Positions 37,081 to 44,869 of a stretch of DNA of 64,000 nucleotides are shown in pieces; positions within the stretch are counted from its first letter, which is position 1, and every line of letters begins with the position of its first letter. A program made the position numbers and the translations under genes. Source of the DNA: Candidatus Iainarchaeum sp. (GTDB lineage Archaea; Iainarchaeota; Iainarchaeia; Iainarchaeales; DTGL01); assembly GCA_026396995.1 (NCBI GenBank), contig JAPLVS010000054.1:24052-88051 (forward strand). The letters are read 5' to 3'. The notes under the pieces are model-generated. The model was not told the DNA's origin. It saw nothing but the letters and a program-made list of their open reading frames with translations, and did no database searches.

Positions 37081-37668
37081 ATGGGAGTGTTTGATGTTCC
37101 TGCAAGCGATTTGATTGAAGAGATAGCCGTGGATTTGAGGGAAAAATTCAAGATTGAAAAGCCAGCTTTCGCTGATTACGTGAAAACAGGGGTCTGCAAA
37201 GAAAGGGCTCCGCAAAGGCAGGACTGGTATTACGTAAGGATTGCCTCGATTTTGTACAGGATTTTTAAGGAAGGCCCGCTCGGGGTCGGATCATTGCGCA
37301 CTTATTACGGCGGCAGGCAGGCCCGCGGGGTCAGGCCGCACAAATTCGAAAAAGCATCAGGAAAGATTATAAGGAAAGGCATCCAGGACTTGGAGAAAGC
37401 AGGCTTGTTGAAAAAAGCCCCGAAGGGGAGAACGATCAGCCCAAAAGGCCAGTCTTACCTTATCAAAAAATCTAAGGAAGTAAAGGAACTTCTGCCACAG
37501 AAGAAGGCAGAGCAGGAAAGATTGAAGGCAGAGAAGGCCGAAAGGCTTGAGAGAATGCGCTCCGAGCAGTTGAAGAGGGGCGACGTGGAGTCAGGCCCGA
37601 GGGAAAAGTTCAAGAAGAAGGGAAAGGAGGAGAAGGGCAAGGACAAGCCTGAAGAGGAGAAGAAATAG
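37081..37668 (+). CDS. rps19e: 30S ribosomal protein S19e, with K/E-rich C-terminal extension
   Basis: DWYYVRIASILYRIFKEGPLGVGSLRTYYGG...KIIRKGIQDLEKAGL is the S19e signature. Confidence 0.85.
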   Translation: MGVFDVPASDLIEEIAVDLREKFKIEKPAFADYVKTGVCKERAPQRQDWYYVRIASILYRIFKEGPLGVGSLRTYYGGRQARGVRPHKFEKASGKIIRKGIQDLEKAGLLKKAPKGRTISPKGQSYLIKKSKEVKELLPQKKAEQERLKAEKAERLERMRSEQLKRGDVESGPREKFKKKGKEEKGKDKPEEEKK

Positions 37669-37682
37669 GGGCTGGTGTTTTT

Positions 37683-38009
37683 TTGGTGGATTCAGAGGCA
37701 GAGCAGTTAAAGTCGCTGAAAATGGAGGAACTGCAGCAGCAGTTCGCCCAGCAGCAGGCCGAAGCCGAAAAGAAGGCGCTTGCAGAGCAAAAGATTGAAT
37801 TGCTTTTGAGGAAGCTGCTTTCCCCTGAAGCGAAGTCGAGATTGAAAAACGTGAGGCTTGTCAACCAGGAATTGTATTGGAATGCGGTGCAGCAGGTTTT
37901 GATTTTGTTCCGTTCTGGCAAAATCAAGGGCCAGGTTTCAGAATCGCAGGTTAAAACGCTTTTGGAAGTTCTTTCAAGGAAAAGGGAAATAAAAATAAAG
38001 AGGAAATGA
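37683..38009 (+). CDS. PDCD5/TFAR19-like dsDNA-binding protein
   Basis: LLLRKLLSPEAKSRL...QQVL matches the DNA-binding protein conserved between S19e and L39e in archaea. Confidence 0.7.
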   Translation: MVDSEAEQLKSLKMEELQQQFAQQQAEAEKKALAEQKIELLLRKLLSPEAKSRLKNVRLVNQELYWNAVQQVLILFRSGKIKGQVSESQVKTLLEVLSRKREIKIKRK

Positions 38010-38281
38010 AAATGAGCTCTACCAAAGACAAGGAATTCAAGGATTTTATTATCAGCGAAAAGAAAAAAATCGGCACAGGCCTTTCTTCAACCCCGGTCTG
38101 GGTGATGCAGAAGGCAGGAAAGCGCGTTTCAGGGAGAAGGCAGGCAAGGGGCTGGAAGGAAAACGATTTCGGGGAGCGCTACAGGAAAAGGAAATTGGAT
38201 GCGAAAAGGCAGAAGAGAGGCAAAGCGGTTAATTCCAGGCACGGAAAGATAAGGCCGGCCGGCAAAAGGAGGAATGACTGA
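38006..38281 (+). CDS. rpl39e: 50S ribosomal protein L39e with unusual ~35-aa C-terminal extension
   Basis: TPVWVMQKAGKRV...GRRQARGWKEN aligns to the L39e core (VPxWVMxKT...RRHWRR). The ORF runs on to overlap the rpl31e start. Confidence 0.5.
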   Translation: MKMSSTKDKEFKDFIISEKKKIGTGLSSTPVWVMQKAGKRVSGRRQARGWKENDFGERYRKRKLDAKRQKRGKAVNSRHGKIRPAGKRRND

Positions 38282-38706
38282 TGGCCGAAAAAATGATTAT
38301 TTCGCTTGTTCCGGTTTTCACTGCACCGAAAGGCAAGAGAGCCAGAAGGGCAATGAGGAAAATAAGGGTCGACCTTGAAAAGCGCTTCCATGCCGACAAA
38401 GAGGCAATATTCATTTCAGCCGGAATAAACCATGCTGTTTTCGAAAAAGGCTTCATAAAAATCCCAAGGCGCATTGCGATAATGGTCGAATCCGAAAAAG
38501 GCAAGGTGCGCGCTTTCCTCGAAGGCGAAAAGCTGCCTGTGAAAAAAGAAGAGAAAAAGGAAAAGAAAGAGGAAAAGAAATCCAAGGAAGAGAAAAAGGA
38601 AGACACCGAAGAGCAGGCAGAGCTTGAGAGGAAGAAAAAGGAAAAGCACGAAAAAGAACTTGCCGCGGAAAAGACGGCAATCAAGCTGAAAACTGGCAGG
38701 GTGTAA
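38281..38706 (+). CDS. rpl31e: 50S ribosomal protein L31e with K/E-rich C-terminal tail
   Basis: RRAMRKIRVDLEKRFH...NHAVFEKGFIKIPRRIAIMVE fits L31e. Confidence 0.8.
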   Translation: MAEKMIISLVPVFTAPKGKRARRAMRKIRVDLEKRFHADKEAIFISAGINHAVFEKGFIKIPRRIAIMVESEKGKVRAFLEGEKLPVKKEEKKEKKEEKKSKEEKKEDTEEQAELERKKKEKHEKELAAEKTAIKLKTGRV

Positions 38707-38713
38707 GCCTCAG

Positions 38714-39373
38714 ATGAGGATCGACAAGCGGACCCTTGAAGCAAGCCCGTTTCTCGGGGTTTTCGGCATCCTCACAGACAAAATATTCCTTGTCCCCTCG
38801 GGCATCCTTGAAAAGGAACTGCAGGGATTGCAGGATTTTGCAGGCGTTGAAGTATTGAAGGCAAGCATTGCCGCTTCCCCGCTTTTAGGCGTCCTTGGAA
38901 TCGGCGTTAAAGAAAAGATAGCGGTTTCGGACCTCGCAAGGGACAGGGAAATAGTTGCACTGGAAAAGGCAGGCCTGAAGGTCACAAGGATTGAAGGTGC
39001 CACGGCGCTCGGCAACCTTGCGCGCATCACCGAAAAAGGCGGTGTTTTGTCACCCATACTTTCAAGAGAGCAATGCGAAAAGCTCGAATCCTTTTTCGGC
39101 GTGAAAATGGTCGAGAGCACTGTCGCAGGCCTTGACCTTGCCGGTTCAAGCATTGTGGCGAATTCGAAAGGCTTCATAGTGCACCCCGGGGTTTCAAAGG
39201 AAGAGTTCGCCCGCATAAAGAACGCATTGCAGGTAGAGGGCATTCCTACAACCGCGAACTACGGGGACAGGTTTGTCGGGAACAGCGTTCTCGTGAACAG
39301 CAATGCGATGCTTTTGGGCGTTAACACTACAGGCCACGAACTGATGAGGATTGAGGAGGCGTTTTTGGGCTAG
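38714..39373 (+). CDS. eif6: Translation initiation factor 6 (aIF6)
   Basis: Five-fold pseudo-repeat with SPFLGVFGILTDKIFLVP / SPLLGVLGIGVKEKIAV. 219 aa. Confidence 0.85.
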   Translation: MRIDKRTLEASPFLGVFGILTDKIFLVPSGILEKELQGLQDFAGVEVLKASIAASPLLGVLGIGVKEKIAVSDLARDREIVALEKAGLKVTRIEGATALGNLARITEKGGVLSPILSREQCEKLESFFGVKMVESTVAGLDLAGSSIVANSKGFIVHPGVSKEEFARIKNALQVEGIPTTANYGDRFVGNSVLVNSNAMLLGVNTTGHELMRIEEAFLG

Positions 39374-39383
39374 CATTCTTAAC

Positions 39384-39470
39384 ATCAAAAGGCATTGATT
39401 CAGGAATTTTTCTGGCCTTTTGATAACTATCAAAGGGCAATATTGTTCATTTATTTTTGTCCTTTGATAT
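39384..39470 (+). repeat. Double-hairpin intergenic repeat element, copy B (diverged)
   Basis: ATCAAAAGGCA...GGCCTTTTGATAACTATCAAAGGGCAA-N16-TTGTCCTTTGATAT lies between eif6 and rplX. Confidence 0.6.
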
Positions 39471-39542
39471 AACGCATAAAAAACCATTCATCCATTAATT
39501 TTTGGAAATATTAATTTTTTGGAAATTCCAGTTGGTGAGAGC

Positions 39543-39722
39543 ATGAGGTTTGAATTGAAAGGTGTTTTCCAGCAGAAAGGCAATGAAAAGCCGTTCTGCA
39601 AGAGCATAGAGGCCGAAAACGAGGGCCGCGCAAAGGAAAAGCTCCTGAGTCTTTTCGGTTCGGAGCACAGGCTCAAGAGGCGCTCTGTGAAGATAACCGA
39701 AATCAATAAATTAAAGGAATGA
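39543..39722 (+). CDS. rplX: 50S ribosomal protein LX (L18Ae/L20A)
   Basis: MRFELKGVF...FCKSIEAENEGRAKEKLLSLFGSEHRLKRRSVKITEI matches the LX pattern (F.V.G.F...A.nee.A.e...S.H). Confidence 0.6.
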   Translation: MRFELKGVFQQKGNEKPFCKSIEAENEGRAKEKLLSLFGSEHRLKRRSVKITEINKLKE

Positions 39723-39726
39723 CTAA

Positions 39727-39816
39727 TATCAAAAGACATTAATAATGATATTTTCTAAATGTCTTTTGATAGCTATCAAAGGACAAATTTATGCGATTAT
39801 TTTTGTCCTTTGATAC
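39727..39816 (+). repeat. Double-hairpin intergenic repeat element, copy C
   Basis: ATATCAAAAGACA-N21-TGTCTTTTGATAGCTATCAAAGGACAAA-N14-TTTGTCCTTTGATA lies between rplX and pfdA. Confidence 0.75.
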
Positions 39817-39845
39817 AATAAGTACATTGTTTGAGAGGTGAAGCG

Positions 39846-40313
39846 ATGGCCAAGGAAAAAACACAGAACAAAGAGGTGAGGCTCAGCCCCCAGCAGCTTG
39901 TTTCATTGTACCAGAACCAGCGCGCTTTAATGGACAACCTGCTGCAGCAGGAAGCGATGATGCAGGAAGCCGCAAGGGAAATAATCGGCGCAGAGGACGC
40001 CCTCAAGGAAATAGACAAGGCCGAAGAGGACGCTAACGTCCTGGTGTTGCTTGGCGCAGGCGTTTTCGTTGAAGCGAAAGTGAAAGGCAAGCAGGTAAAG
40101 AGCGACATAGGCAGCGGAGTGGTTGAAAACGCCACTGTAAAAAAAGCGCTTGAGCACCTTGAAATAAAGAAGAAAAACATTTCCGCAAATATTGCAAAGC
40201 TCCAGAAGAAAAAACAGGAAACCGCAGCGGGCCTTGCAAGGCTTGAAGGAATACTCCAGCAGGTGCAGAAAGCGCTGGCCAAAAAGGACACTTCGCCCTC
40301 AAGCGTTTCCTGA
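39846..40313 (+). CDS. pfdA: Prefoldin subunit alpha
   Basis: Coiled coil - beta hairpin (VLVLLGAGVFVEAKV) - coiled coil, about 155 aa, in the conserved position before ftsY. Confidence 0.7.
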   Translation: MAKEKTQNKEVRLSPQQLVSLYQNQRALMDNLLQQEAMMQEAAREIIGAEDALKEIDKAEEDANVLVLLGAGVFVEAKVKGKQVKSDIGSGVVENATVKKALEHLEIKKKNISANIAKLQKKKQETAAGLARLEGILQQVQKALAKKDTSPSSVS

Positions 40314-40325
40314 ACGTGAAGAAAA

Positions 40326-41942
40326 ATGTTTGACCTGTTAAAGGAAAAAATTGCAGCTTTTGCAAGTAAGCTCGGCAAAAAAGCAGAGGAAAAACCGGCA
40401 AAGCCTGCCCAGGAAACCCGGGAGGGCGGCAGGCGCGAGATAACTGATTATTACGAAAGGTCTCCGGCGCGCGCAGTCGAGGAAATGGTGCTTCCCGGCG
40501 CCAAGGAAAAAAAGGCCGGGGCAATAGCCGAACCGAAAAAAGCCCAGCCGGTTGGGATAGTTCCTGCCGGAGAAAAGCCCCGGGCTTTGGAAAAGCCTGA
40601 AAAAATGGGGGCGCTTTCAGAAAGCATTTCAAAGGTAAAAGAAAAGCTGGCCAGGGCAGAAGCCGTGGAAAAAGCCGCGCCAGAAAAACCGGCTGAAAAA
40701 AAGCCGGAAGAAGCCAAGGCCAAAAAGCCTGCGGAAAAGCCAAAGGAAGTTCTCCCGGAAAAACCCAAGCCGCCTGAAAAGCCGCCGGAAGAAGAATTCA
40801 GGCTTTCGAAAATCAGCGGCTTGTGGAAGGATGTTTTCAAGGCGCCTCCGAAAACCGTGCCGCCTGAAGAAAAATCCGGAATTCCAGCAGGGAAACCGGT
40901 TCAGCAGGAACTTCCGGAAATGCAGCCTGTTGCCAGGGAGCAAAGGGAATTTGAAAAGCCGCCAATTGTTTTTGAAAAGGAACCTGAAATAAAACCGCCT
41001 TTCAGGGGGCCTGCAAGCGCGCCAAAATTGCCTGAAACCGACAAAAGGGAACTGAAGGCGAAAGTCGGGGCAATCAAGACATTGAAGGGCGTTTTGCAGG
41101 GCTATGTGCAGTTGGGCGAAAAAGAAATCAACAGCATGCTTTTCGAGCTCGAAATGTCATTGCTTGAAGCGGATGTGAACCAGGAAACAGCGAGCGCCCT
41201 TGTCCAAAAAATAAAGGAACTGCTTGTGAATGAAAGGATTCCGCGCGGGAACGAGGTCAGCGGCTTCCTCAAGGGCAAAATCAAGGAAGCACTCACTGAG
41301 CTCACGGCCACAGAAAGAGTCAATCTGTTCGAATTGATTGAAAGGTCGAGAAAGCCTTTCAAAATCCTTTTCCTCGGCCCTAACGGCGCAGGCAAAACCA
41401 CAACCATCGCAAAGCTTTCCTTTGCACTGCAATTGACAGGCAAGACAGTCATTTGGGCTGCAGCCGACACCTTCCGCGCTGCTTCAATCGAACAGCTTGA
41501 AGAGCACGCGAAAAAACTGAAGATAAGGGTTGTAAAGCACAAATATGGTGCTGACCCTGCTGCAGTTGCATTTGATGCAGTGAAAGCGGCTGAAGCGAAC
41601 CACGTTGATGTTGTAATGGTTGATTCTGCAGGCAGGCAGGAAACAAACAAGAATTTGATAGAGGAACTGAAGAAAATCGAGCGCGTCCTGAAGCCTGATT
41701 TCAAGATTTTTATCGGTGAAGCGTTCGCAGGCAAGGGCTTATTGGAGCAGGCGAAGGCTTTCGATGAAGCGCTCGGAATCGACGGCTTCATCCTCACAAA
41801 AATCGACACAGACGCAAAAGGCGGCACAGTCCTTTCCCTATTATGCGAATTGAAAAAGCCGGTTCTCTTCATCGGCACAGGCCAGTCCTACGAAGACTTG
41901 GTTCCGTTCACGCCGCAGTACATTATCGACAGGATTGTTTGA
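40326..41942 (+). CDS. ftsY: SRP receptor FtsY with ~280-aa K/E/P-rich N-terminal extension
   Basis: NG domain with ILFLGPNGAGKTTTIAKL, DTFRAA, DSAGR and TKIDTDAKGG. PEKP-type repeats in the N-terminus. Confidence 0.9.
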   Translation: MFDLLKEKIAAFASKLGKKAEEKPAKPAQETREGGRREITDYYERSPARAVEEMVLPGAKEKKAGAIAEPKKAQPVGIVPAGEKPRALEKPEKMGALSESISKVKEKLARAEAVEKAAPEKPAEKKPEEAKAKKPAEKPKEVLPEKPKPPEKPPEEEFRLSKISGLWKDVFKAPPKTVPPEEKSGIPAGKPVQQELPEMQPVAREQREFEKPPIVFEKEPEIKPPFRGPASAPKLPETDKRELKAKVGAIKTLKGVLQGYVQLGEKEINSMLFELEMSLLEADVNQETASALVQKIKELLVNERIPRGNEVSGFLKGKIKEALTELTATERVNLFELIERSRKPFKILFLGPNGAGKTTTIAKLSFALQLTGKTVIWAAADTFRAASIEQLEEHAKKLKIRVVKHKYGADPAAVAFDAVKAAEANHVDVVMVDSAGRQETNKNLIEELKKIERVLKPDFKIFIGEAFAGKGLLEQAKAFDEALGIDGFILTKIDTDAKGGTVLSLLCELKKPVLFIGTGQSYEDLVPFTPQYIIDRIV

Positions 41943-41987
41943 GTATGGGCGCTAGCTTCGCCCAGCAATATTGGCAGGATTGTGTAA

Positions 41988-42719
41988 TCAATCGCTTCTT
42001 TTTCGCCTGAACAAGCGCTTACGTTTTTTTCCGACAAGTTCTTCTACTACAAGCTTTTGCACTTGCCTTGAAACCTCTTCTCTCGGAAGCGTCGTGTCGA
42101 TTTCAAAAACACGCACGCCTTTTGCCCTGAGTTCGGCAAGCCTTTTTTCGTTTGCCTTCTCCATTCTTTCCAGGTTTTCAAGTTTTTCGTGCTTGAAAAC
42201 AACTCCGCCCCACTCGTCCACGACATTCCTTTCCGCAATCCTTTTCACTGAGACCTCTGGCGGTACCCTAAGGTGTATTACGGCGTCAGGCAAAGGGCCG
42301 GCTACAGCCCTGGCAGTGCTTTTTGTAACAAACCTCGGGATTTTTCCAGCGTATACTGCGGTAATTGCCGTCGCGTCGGTCACCGGATCCCTTTGGAAAA
42401 GGCGCACATCGCTTTTCCTTGTGGCAACCCTTGCAGCGCGGAATGCGGACCCTGCAATCGCACTGCCGGCCAGGATTTTTCTGTCGGAGCCTTTTTCGGC
42501 GCCTCTTTTTATGAGGCGCTTGCCATAGCCTCCAACCCTTCCGGCAACCCCCTTGAACCCGACAAAGTGCGGGGCGTCAATTATTGCAACATTAAGGCCC
42601 TTTTCCCTGAGTGCCTGCTGCAGCTTCCCGGCAACTGTTGTCTTGCCGCAGCCGTCGATTCCGACAATGGCGATATCTGTCGGGCGCTTTCTTTTAAAAG
42701 GGCGTTTCAAAGGCGGCAT
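41988..42719 (-). CDS. Thymidylate-kinase-like P-loop NMP kinase paralog (short form)
   Basis: N-terminus MPPLKRPFKRKRPTDIAIVGIDGCGKTT has a Tmk-type P-loop. A DRY-like QRDPVTDATAI...AVYAG follows. It is the last gene of a four-gene minus-strand operon. Confidence 0.45.
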   Translation of the reverse strand: MPPLKRPFKRKRPTDIAIVGIDGCGKTTVAGKLQQALREKGLNVAIIDAPHFVGFKGVAGRVGGYGKRLIKRGAEKGSDRKILAGSAIAGSAFRAARVATRKSDVRLFQRDPVTDATAITAVYAGKIPRFVTKSTARAVAGPLPDAVIHLRVPPEVSVKRIAERNVVDEWGGVVFKHEKLENLERMEKANEKRLAELRAKGVRVFEIDTTLPREEVSRQVQKLVVEELVGKKRKRLFRRKRSD

Positions 42720-44032
42720 TATTTTTTCCTTCTTCCCAATTTTGCCTTCACTTTTTTCTCAATTGAAATTTTCCATTCAAGGTAGCGCTTGGCCCCCCTG
42801 GTTATTGTTTCGACCTTCGAGGACACATTGTATTTGCCGTAAAGCCTTCCGAGTTTCTTGTATGCGAAATGGTCTGCCAGAATGCCCATCATTTCCGGTT
42901 CCCTTACAATCGAGGAAACAATATAAGCGGTTCTCCCAGCAAAGGGAATTGCTCCGATGAGCATCGCTTCCCCGCTGTGCAATCTCTTGATTTTTTCATA
43001 TTCTTCCGCAGAAATATTTCCGGCCAAGCGCCTTGCCATCCCAATTCCCCTCATAGCGGCCGTATAGGCCGGCCTTCCCACGGTTCCGACGCCGGCCATT
43101 ATTACCGGCACCCCGCTTATTGCCAGATGCACTCCGAAGTGCGTCAAAAAATCCGAAAAATAGCCTTTCCCTATTTTTTCCCTCAATTCCGCAGCTTTCT
43201 CCTGACCAATTCTTCCTTCTTTTTCCCAGCGCCAGATTCCATCAACCATAAATTGCATGGCCTGCTCTTTCTTTCGCTCCAGATATTTTTTCCTGCCTTT
43301 TTCCATTAGCCTTTTTTCTTTCAATATCCTTTGCACCTGCCCTAAAACTGCCTCCTTTGGAAGAGATGCATCTATTTCCAGAATCCACACGCCTTTTGAC
43401 GCAAGCTCCGCCTTGCGTTTCTGATAAGCAGAATTCAATCCCTCAAGATTTTCAGGCTTTTCATGCTGGAATTCAATTGCGTGCAAGCCACTGCCACCAG
43501 CTCTTTTTTTTGCAAGCCGTTCGGCAGCAGTTGCAGGCTCTACCGAAAGAAATACTGCAACATCCGGCAAAGGCCCCCCTGCAATCCGCCCGGCTGCCTT
43601 GGAAAACGCCAGGATTATCCTTCCGCCGTACTGCCTTGCCAAGACAGGCGCTTCAATTGCCGGATGCCTTTCAATAATCCTGACAGTGCTTTTTCTCGAT
43701 TTGGCCCTTGCCATCCTTGTCGGAAGCGAGGCAATCGCTCCGCCAGCTGCAGCAAGCCTCTTTGATTGTTTTTCCGCTCCTTTTGCACTAATACTCCTTC
43801 CAAACCCACTCACTCTTCCAATCATTCCGCCATAATCCTGGAAATGCGGAACATCCAGGACCGCGGTTTTGGTGCCCTGCGCATTCAACCGGCTTTGCAA
43901 TCCCCTTGCAAGTGTTGTTTTCCCCGCGCCATCAATCCCCACAATCGCAATATCAGTGGGCCTTTTCCGCCTGAACAATCTTTTTGGGGGCATAAATATG
44001 ATGCTGTTTGTTGAGTTTAAATTACTTTTCAA
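42719..44032 (-). CDS. Thymidylate-kinase-like P-loop kinase paralog fused to a ~200-aa C-terminal domain of unknown function
   Basis: The N-terminal 230 aa are paralogous to 41988-42719 (PPKRLFRRKRPTDIAIVGIDGAGKTT, ERHPAIEAPVLARQYGG). The C-terminal domain is uncharacterised and moderately hydrophobic. TAATG overlap with the downstream gene. Confidence 0.45.
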   Translation of the reverse strand: MKSNLNSTNSIIFMPPKRLFRRKRPTDIAIVGIDGAGKTTLARGLQSRLNAQGTKTAVLDVPHFQDYGGMIGRVSGFGRSISAKGAEKQSKRLAAAGGAIASLPTRMARAKSRKSTVRIIERHPAIEAPVLARQYGGRIILAFSKAAGRIAGGPLPDVAVFLSVEPATAAERLAKKRAGGSGLHAIEFQHEKPENLEGLNSAYQKRKAELASKGVWILEIDASLPKEAVLGQVQRILKEKRLMEKGRKKYLERKKEQAMQFMVDGIWRWEKEGRIGQEKAAELREKIGKGYFSDFLTHFGVHLAISGVPVIMAGVGTVGRPAYTAAMRGIGMARRLAGNISAEEYEKIKRLHSGEAMLIGAIPFAGRTAYIVSSIVREPEMMGILADHFAYKKLGRLYGKYNVSSKVETITRGAKRYLEWKISIEKKVKAKLGRRKK

Positions 44033-44071
44033 ATCGCAATGGCCAAGCCGGCCAAAAGGCTTTCCGGTTGC

Positions 44072-44860
44072 TTATTGCTTTACCACCGGCACAAGCCTTC
44101 CAGACCTTTTCACAAGCTTGCCGTCAGGCGTGAACACAAACATTTTCGCCTTTCCAGTGCGAGGGTCGATGGCTTCGATTTTGCAGTATTTTTCCAGGTC
44201 ATCTGTCGGAACGAACCTGCCCTGCTTTGTAACATTTTCAGATTGCCCCTGCCTTTCATACCCGATGCTTTTGAAAATGCCCTCAAATTTGCCTGGTTTA
44301 AACGAATGTTCACTATAAAACTCTATTTTTCTTCCGGGATTGCCGAAGGAAGGGCGGTTTCCTGCTCTCTTTGCAGGATTTTGGGAACGCACATGCCTTT
44401 CAGCGCGGGAAGCAAATTTTTTGCCGAGCCCAAGCCCCCGCATGCGTTCCGGGATGCGCATGTGCGCCAGGTCTTCTCTGGCAAAGAAAAAAGGGGCGCC
44501 TTTGTCAGGTATGACATCAGTTCCGATTCCCTTTTTCAGCTGGCACTCCAATAACGAGATAATGGACCCGCCCCTGGCAATGATAATTTTCCCGTCCGAA
44601 AGCAGATGTGCACCTCGGAGATTGCCAAAAATAGTTTTCAATGGCACCATGATTTCCTGCTCTGGCCCAATCCAGAATGCGGCATATCTGTTATTGCTTT
44701 TTTGCAGGTCTATCTCCAGCGGCCACACAAGCGGCTTCTTTCCTGCCGCCCCTCTTGCAGTGTCCCTTCTCTGCCTTTTGGCTTCGAGTTTTTCCCTTTG
44801 ATTTGGATATTTATATTTTCTTTCCGCTTTCGGGATTCTGCGCCTTGATTTTTGTGGCAT
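44072..44860 (-). CDS. Hypothetical protein with GNAT-like motif-A segment; paralog of 44870-45693
   Basis: Basic N-terminus. GKKPLVWPL, IIIARGG, and AHMRIPERMRGLGLGKKFASRAERHV, which resembles acyl-CoA-binding motif A. C-terminal IEAIDPRTGKAKMFVF. Confidence 0.4.
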   Translation of the reverse strand: MPQKSRRRIPKAERKYKYPNQREKLEAKRQRRDTARGAAGKKPLVWPLEIDLQKSNNRYAAFWIGPEQEIMVPLKTIFGNLRGAHLLSDGKIIIARGGSIISLLECQLKKGIGTDVIPDKGAPFFFAREDLAHMRIPERMRGLGLGKKFASRAERHVRSQNPAKRAGNRPSFGNPGRKIEFYSEHSFKPGKFEGIFKSIGYERQGQSENVTKQGRFVPTDDLEKYCKIEAIDPRTGKAKMFVFTPDGKLVKRSGRLVPVVKQ

Positions 44861-44869
44861 TTTTTCATC

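Noticed and set aside
40033-40943. Pro/Phe-rich ORFs (236, 129 and 104 aa) on the minus strand
   Set aside because: They are antisense to the repetitive K/E/P-rich N-terminus of ftsY.
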